Assembly (NCBI GenBank): GCA_043825735.1
Contig: JBDRRP010000022.1
Span: forward strand, 1-64,000
Direction of reading: 5' to 3'
Length of the DNA stretch: 64,000 nt
Source: Pseudomonadota bacterium
GTDB taxonomy: Bacteria; Desulfobacterota; Desulfobacteria; Desulfobacterales; JBDRRP01
The translations under genes and the position numbers were made by a program. Under the pieces are notes generated by a model. The model made no database searches. It saw only the letters and a list, made by a program, of their open reading frames with translations, and was not told the DNA's origin. Below, piece after piece: positions 60,226 through 64,000 of the stretch (its first letter is position 1; every line of letters begins with the position of its first letter).

Positions 60226-61086
60226 ATGCCGGACAACGCCCCGGATATCGATTTCATCAGCATCGAAGACCTGATCACTCAGGATCAGAAAGCCGCTGAA
60301 CCGGAACCGTCAGGGGCCCGACGGCCATTGCAGATGCCCCTGCCCCAGGTGTCACACTCGCCAGCGCCTGCTGCCTCGAAACCAAGGAAACAGCTATCCG
60401 CCCGCCCGGCGAATCTGAATGTCGCGGTGCCGTCGAAGTCCGCCGCAAAGCGCCGGCAGACCATCGTCGGGCGACGGCGCAAGCGCGGTGCAAACGAAGC
60501 CGTCCTGGCCGCGTCCATGGGCGTATTTTTGATCGTGATGGCCGTCGGGGTTTACTTGTATTTTGCCCCGTCTTTGCCGGCACCAGCACCGGTGCCGGTT
60601 TTTCAGGGGCCGCGTGTGTTCAAGATTCCGCCCTTGCCCGTGCCGGCGGCCGCCCCGGTATCACCGCAGACCGATGACATCGCCGCGGCCCCGTCTCAAG
60701 CGCACGAACCCATTGCTGCCGCACCACCGCTCATCGATCTTGAGCGGGAGGTGAGCGATTTTCTTTCGAGCTGGCGCCTTGCGTGGGAAAAAACCGCCGG
60801 CTTGGAAGGAGCCTTGGGACCTTATCTTGACTGCTACGCAGCCACCTTTACCCATGAGGGAATGGACAAGGCCGCCTGGGCGACTGACAAGGGGCGCAAA
60901 AACCGTCGCAAGGACTGGATTCGGGTCCGTTTATCGGATATCCGAGTGGCTACGCCGATGGCGGGGGAACCGGTGCGTGTGACCTTTTTTCAGGATTATG
61001 CGTCATCCAACTACAGTGAAGCCGCTGAAAAGACGCTTCTGTTGAAAAAATCGGGTTCATCCTGGCAGATTATCGGCATCCAGTAG
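60226..61086 (+). CDS. Bitopic membrane protein with Pro-rich linkers and a C-terminal NTF2-like domain (Csd6 C-terminus-like)
   Basis: One transmembrane segment; C-terminal W..AWE..YLDCY...VTFFQDYASSNYSE..KTLLLKK..WQII. Confidence 0.65.
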   Translation: MPDNAPDIDFISIEDLITQDQKAAEPEPSGARRPLQMPLPQVSHSPAPAASKPRKQLSARPANLNVAVPSKSAAKRRQTIVGRRRKRGANEAVLAASMGVFLIVMAVGVYLYFAPSLPAPAPVPVFQGPRVFKIPPLPVPAAAPVSPQTDDIAAAPSQAHEPIAAAPPLIDLEREVSDFLSSWRLAWEKTAGLEGALGPYLDCYAATFTHEGMDKAAWATDKGRKNRRKDWIRVRLSDIRVATPMAGEPVRVTFFQDYASSNYSEAAEKTLLLKKSGSSWQIIGIQ

Positions 61087-61245
61087 AATTTTTTTCACCG
61101 GATTCGGGTTTTCTGATAAATCCGAAGTTCTCGGTCTGGTACTTAACATTTACAAGTGCCCTTCCAGAAATGGTAGATCTTGGTTCAGAGCAAGGCCTGA
61201 GCATTTTCGTTACCGCAGGATGAGCACTAACAAGGAGTTCGATCC

Positions 61246-62925
61246 ATGAGCAACGATCCCAACAAAATCATCTATACGATGATGCGGGTAAGCAAGTTTT
61301 ACGATAAAAAGCCGGTCCTTCAGGACATTTCCCTGTCATATTTTTACGGCGCCAAGATCGGTGTGCTGGGGCTCAATGGCGCGGGGAAGAGCTCGTTGCT
61401 GAAAATCATGGCCGGCGTGGACCGGGAGTTCAACGGTGAGGTGCACCTGTCAGAGGGGCATACCGTCGGATATCTGGAGCAGGAACCCCTGGTGAATGTA
61501 AAGAAAACCGTGCGCGAAGTGGTGGAGGAAGGGGTTCAGGAGACCGTTGATCTGCTAAAGGAGTTCGAGGAGATCAACATGAAATTTGCCGAGCCGATGA
61601 GCGATGACGAGATGGACAAGCTCCTTCAGCGGCAGGGCGAAGTCCAGGAAAAACTCGACCACCAGGACGCCTGGGATCTCGATGCCCGGCTGGAAATGGC
61701 GATGGGGGCGTTGGGCTGCCCGCGGGGCGATACCCCGGTCAACATCATTTCGGGCGGCGAACGTCGCCGGGTGGCGCTCTGTCGCCTGCTGCTCAAAAAG
61801 CCGGATATCCTGCTGCTCGACGAGCCCACCAACCACCTGGACGCTGTGAGCGTGGCCTGGTTGGAGCACCACCTTAAGCAATATGCCGGCACCGTCATCG
61901 CTGTGACGCATGACCGCTACTTTCTCGACAACGTGGCCGGATGGATCCTGGAACTGGACCGGGGGCGCGGCATTCCCTGGAAGGGGAACTACACTTCCTG
62001 GCTTGAGCAGAAGCAGGAGCGTCTGCGGCGGGAGGAAAAAAGTGAAAGCGCCCGCCAGAAGACCCTTGAGCGCGAACTGGAGTGGATCCGCATGTCGCCC
62101 AAGGGCCGTCACACCAAGAGTCAGGCCCGCATCAGCGCCTACGAAAACCTTTTGTCACAGGATGCCCAGAACCGGGAAAAGGATCTGGAGCTGTTTATTC
62201 CGCCGGGACCGCGGCTGGGGGGTGCAGTCATTGCCGCCGAGGGGGTGTCCAAGGCATTTGGCGAGAAACTTTTGGTGGAAAAAATGACCTTTTCGCTGCC
62301 CCCCGGCGGCATCGTCGGCGTCATCGGCCCCAACGGCGCGGGCAAGACGACGCTTTTCAGGATGATTACCGGTCAGGAAACCCCCGACAGCGGCGCATTC
62401 CGCATCGGTGAGACGGTCAAATTAGCCTATGTGGACCAGGACCGGGCCTTGGATCCGGAAAAAACCATCTGGGAGGAGATCTCCGGCGGCAATGACCAGA
62501 TCATGCTGGGTGATCGACTGGTCAATTCAAGAGCCTTTGTGGCGCGGTTCAATTTTTCAGGCTCCGATCAGCAGAAGAAAGTCGGGATGATTTCCGGCGG
62601 GCAGCGCAACCGGGTGCACCTGGCCAAGATGCTCCGGGAGGGTGCCAATGTGATGCTGCTCGACGAGCCCACTAACGACCTGGACGTCAACACCCTCAGG
62701 GCACTTGAAGAGGCCCTGGAAAACTTCGGCGGCTGCGCCGTTGTCATCAGCCATGATCGGTGGTTTCTCGACCGCATCGCCACCCATATTCTGGCCTTTG
62801 AAGGCGACAGCCAGGTCACCTTTTTCCACGGCAACTGGAGTGCGTACGAGGCCGATCGGAAGGCGCGACTGGGCGAGGACGCCGCCGTTCCAAAGCGCAT
62901 CAAATACCGGCAGCTGACCCGATAG
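61246..62925 (+). CDS. ettA: Energy-dependent translational throttle ABC-F protein
   Basis: [22 protein letters not shown], two ABC domains, [12 protein letters not shown] and [10 protein letters not shown]. Confidence 0.96.
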   Translation: MSNDPNKIIYTMMRVSKFYDKKPVLQDISLSYFYGAKIGVLGLNGAGKSSLLKIMAGVDREFNGEVHLSEGHTVGYLEQEPLVNVKKTVREVVEEGVQETVDLLKEFEEINMKFAEPMSDDEMDKLLQRQGEVQEKLDHQDAWDLDARLEMAMGALGCPRGDTPVNIISGGERRRVALCRLLLKKPDILLLDEPTNHLDAVSVAWLEHHLKQYAGTVIAVTHDRYFLDNVAGWILELDRGRGIPWKGNYTSWLEQKQERLRREEKSESARQKTLERELEWIRMSPKGRHTKSQARISAYENLLSQDAQNREKDLELFIPPGPRLGGAVIAAEGVSKAFGEKLLVEKMTFSLPPGGIVGVIGPNGAGKTTLFRMITGQETPDSGAFRIGETVKLAYVDQDRALDPEKTIWEEISGGNDQIMLGDRLVNSRAFVARFNFSGSDQQKKVGMISGGQRNRVHLAKMLREGANVMLLDEPTNDLDVNTLRALEEALENFGGCAVVISHDRWFLDRIATHILAFEGDSQVTFFHGNWSAYEADRKARLGEDAAVPKRIKYRQLTR

Positions 62926-62938
62926 AAAGCGCTTCCTG

Positions 62939-62960
62939 AAAAATCGGTGCCCGATTTTTA
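62939..62960 (+). terminator. Possible terminator after ettA
   Basis: AAAAATCGG-TGC-CCGATTTTT. Confidence 0.5.
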
Positions 62961-63170
62961 TATATAAGTCCGCTTTACAGGGGGCGAATCCCGACTTAGC
63001 CTTTACATGCCTTCCGACCCTCGCCGTCCGGAACCCGGGGGTTGGCGGGGGCGGTTGTCATAAGCGGTTATCTACGATGCTCCAGCGACGAAGTGAACCT
63101 CAGCGTTCCAGAATCAAGTGACCGATCCACCCTGTTGCTATGAGATAAAGCGGGTTGTCGGCGGCAAACC

Positions 63171-63337
63171 ATCGAAATCGGGATCGAAATCGCTATCGAA
63201 ATCGAAACGCCATCGGGGGCGCTGGCAGGCTCACCGTGGCATCAGGAGGTCTCTCGACAGGCCTCCTGAAATGACACTGCGAACCGGTTGACGGCTTGAC
63301 GCTATAAAACGATTCCGATCCCGATAGCGATTTCGAT
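63171..63337. repeat. 6-bp-periodic ATCGNN inverted-repeat element, copy 3
   Basis: ATCGAAATCGGGATCGAAATCGCTATCGAAATCGAAA ... CGATTCCGATCCCGATAGCGATTTCGAT. Confidence 0.85.
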
Positions 63338-63452
63338 GAAATCAACCAGCAGTGAAAAGACTGGCGCATTCTGTATAAGCGTGAAGACTTTTTTGAGATA
63401 GGTTCTATTTGAAAAGCGATCTTGGTAACCCCGAACTCGGAAGATTTGTGCC

Positions 63453-64000
63453 ATGAATGTCGTATATCTATCTCCGCATTTTCCGGCGCATTACCACCGT
63501 TTTTGTTTGAATCTCAAGCAGGCCGGGGCCAATGTCCTGGGCATCGGTGACGCGGCCTATGAGGCGCTGGCCGGTGAGGTGCGCGGGGCGTTGACCGAGT
63601 ACTACCGCGTTTCGGACATGCACGACACCGATGGGCTGGTGCGGGCCTGCGGCTATTTCACCCACCGCTACGGCAAGCTTGACCGGTTTGAATCCCTCAA
63701 TGAGTATTGGCTGGGCACCGAGGCCCGTATTCGGGATGATTTCAACCTGTACGGTGTCCGCGGCGACACCATCGACCGCATTCGTAGAAAATCCAGGATG
63801 AAGGAGACCTTTCGCGAGGCCGGGGTGCCGGTGGCTGCCGGGGCCGTGGCAGACTCCCCGGAGGAAGCCCGCCGGCTGATCCGCACTACCGGCTATCCGG
63901 TGGTGGCAAAGCCTGATGCCGGGGTGGGCGCCCTGGACACTTACCGGTTGGAAAGTGACAGTGACCTGGTGACGTTCTTTCGGCACAAGCCGCCGGTGGA
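63453..64000 (+). CDS. ATP-grasp (carboxylate-amine ligase-like) protein, truncated by the window end
   Basis: Manual translation MNVVYLSPHFPAHYHRFC..GANVLGIGD..ESLNEYWL..KSRMKETFREAGVPVA..GYPVVAKPDAGVGA. Confidence 0.88.
   Translation, partial: MNVVYLSPHFPAHYHRFCLNLKQAGANVLGIGDAAYEALAGEVRGALTEYYRVSDMHDTDGLVRACGYFTHRYGKLDRFESLNEYWLGTEARIRDDFNLYGVRGDTIDRIRRKSRMKETFREAGVPVAAGAVADSPEEARRLIRTTGYPVVAKPDAGVGALDTYRLESDSDLVTFFRHKPPV

Noticed and set aside
59958..60299. 113-aa ORF between tetR and the NTF2-like gene
   Set aside because: No clear RBS or motif, and it overlaps the downstream gene start; it cannot be supported.
63163..63210. c-di-GMP-I riboswitch suggested by GGCAAACCATCGAAA
   Set aside because: The stem after GAAA does not pair and the GACGCAAAG segment is absent; the sequence is the left arm of the ATCGNN repeat.

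Overview
A 64 kb chromosomal window, roughly 60% GC by eye, from an anaerobic Desulfobacterota (Desulfobacterales/Desulfosarcina-like, inferred from gene content). It starts inside the Wood-Ljungdahl locus (acsB 5' end, cooS/acsA). It then carries housekeeping and envelope genes (pyrE, tolC-ftsE-ftsX-envC-ctpA-yibQ, prmA, recD2-gmhB, rlpA, lon, two hsp20, typA, ettA), signalling genes (GGDEF, three histidine kinases, CheX-REC, two TetR), a sigma54-type cstA/ArsA operon, an RnfB-GltD fusion and an exported TPR-CHAT protease. I saw no rRNA, tRNA, CRISPR array, transposase, integrase or reverse transcriptase. The most unusual signal is at 52.0-55.9 kb. Four copies of a ~130-150 bp inverted-repeat element, built from mostly 10-bp-periodic CACGGAC units, cluster around a four-helix-bundle (Avd/23S-IVP-like) gene, and one copy lies in-frame inside that gene. 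Several other periodic inverted-repeat families (6-, 8- and 9-bp units) and REP-like hairpins occupy other intergenic regions. Two gene remnants appear collapsed to their N- and C-termini (Ddl-like ATP-grasp and HAD hydrolase). Family assignments come from motif recognition only; no searches were run.
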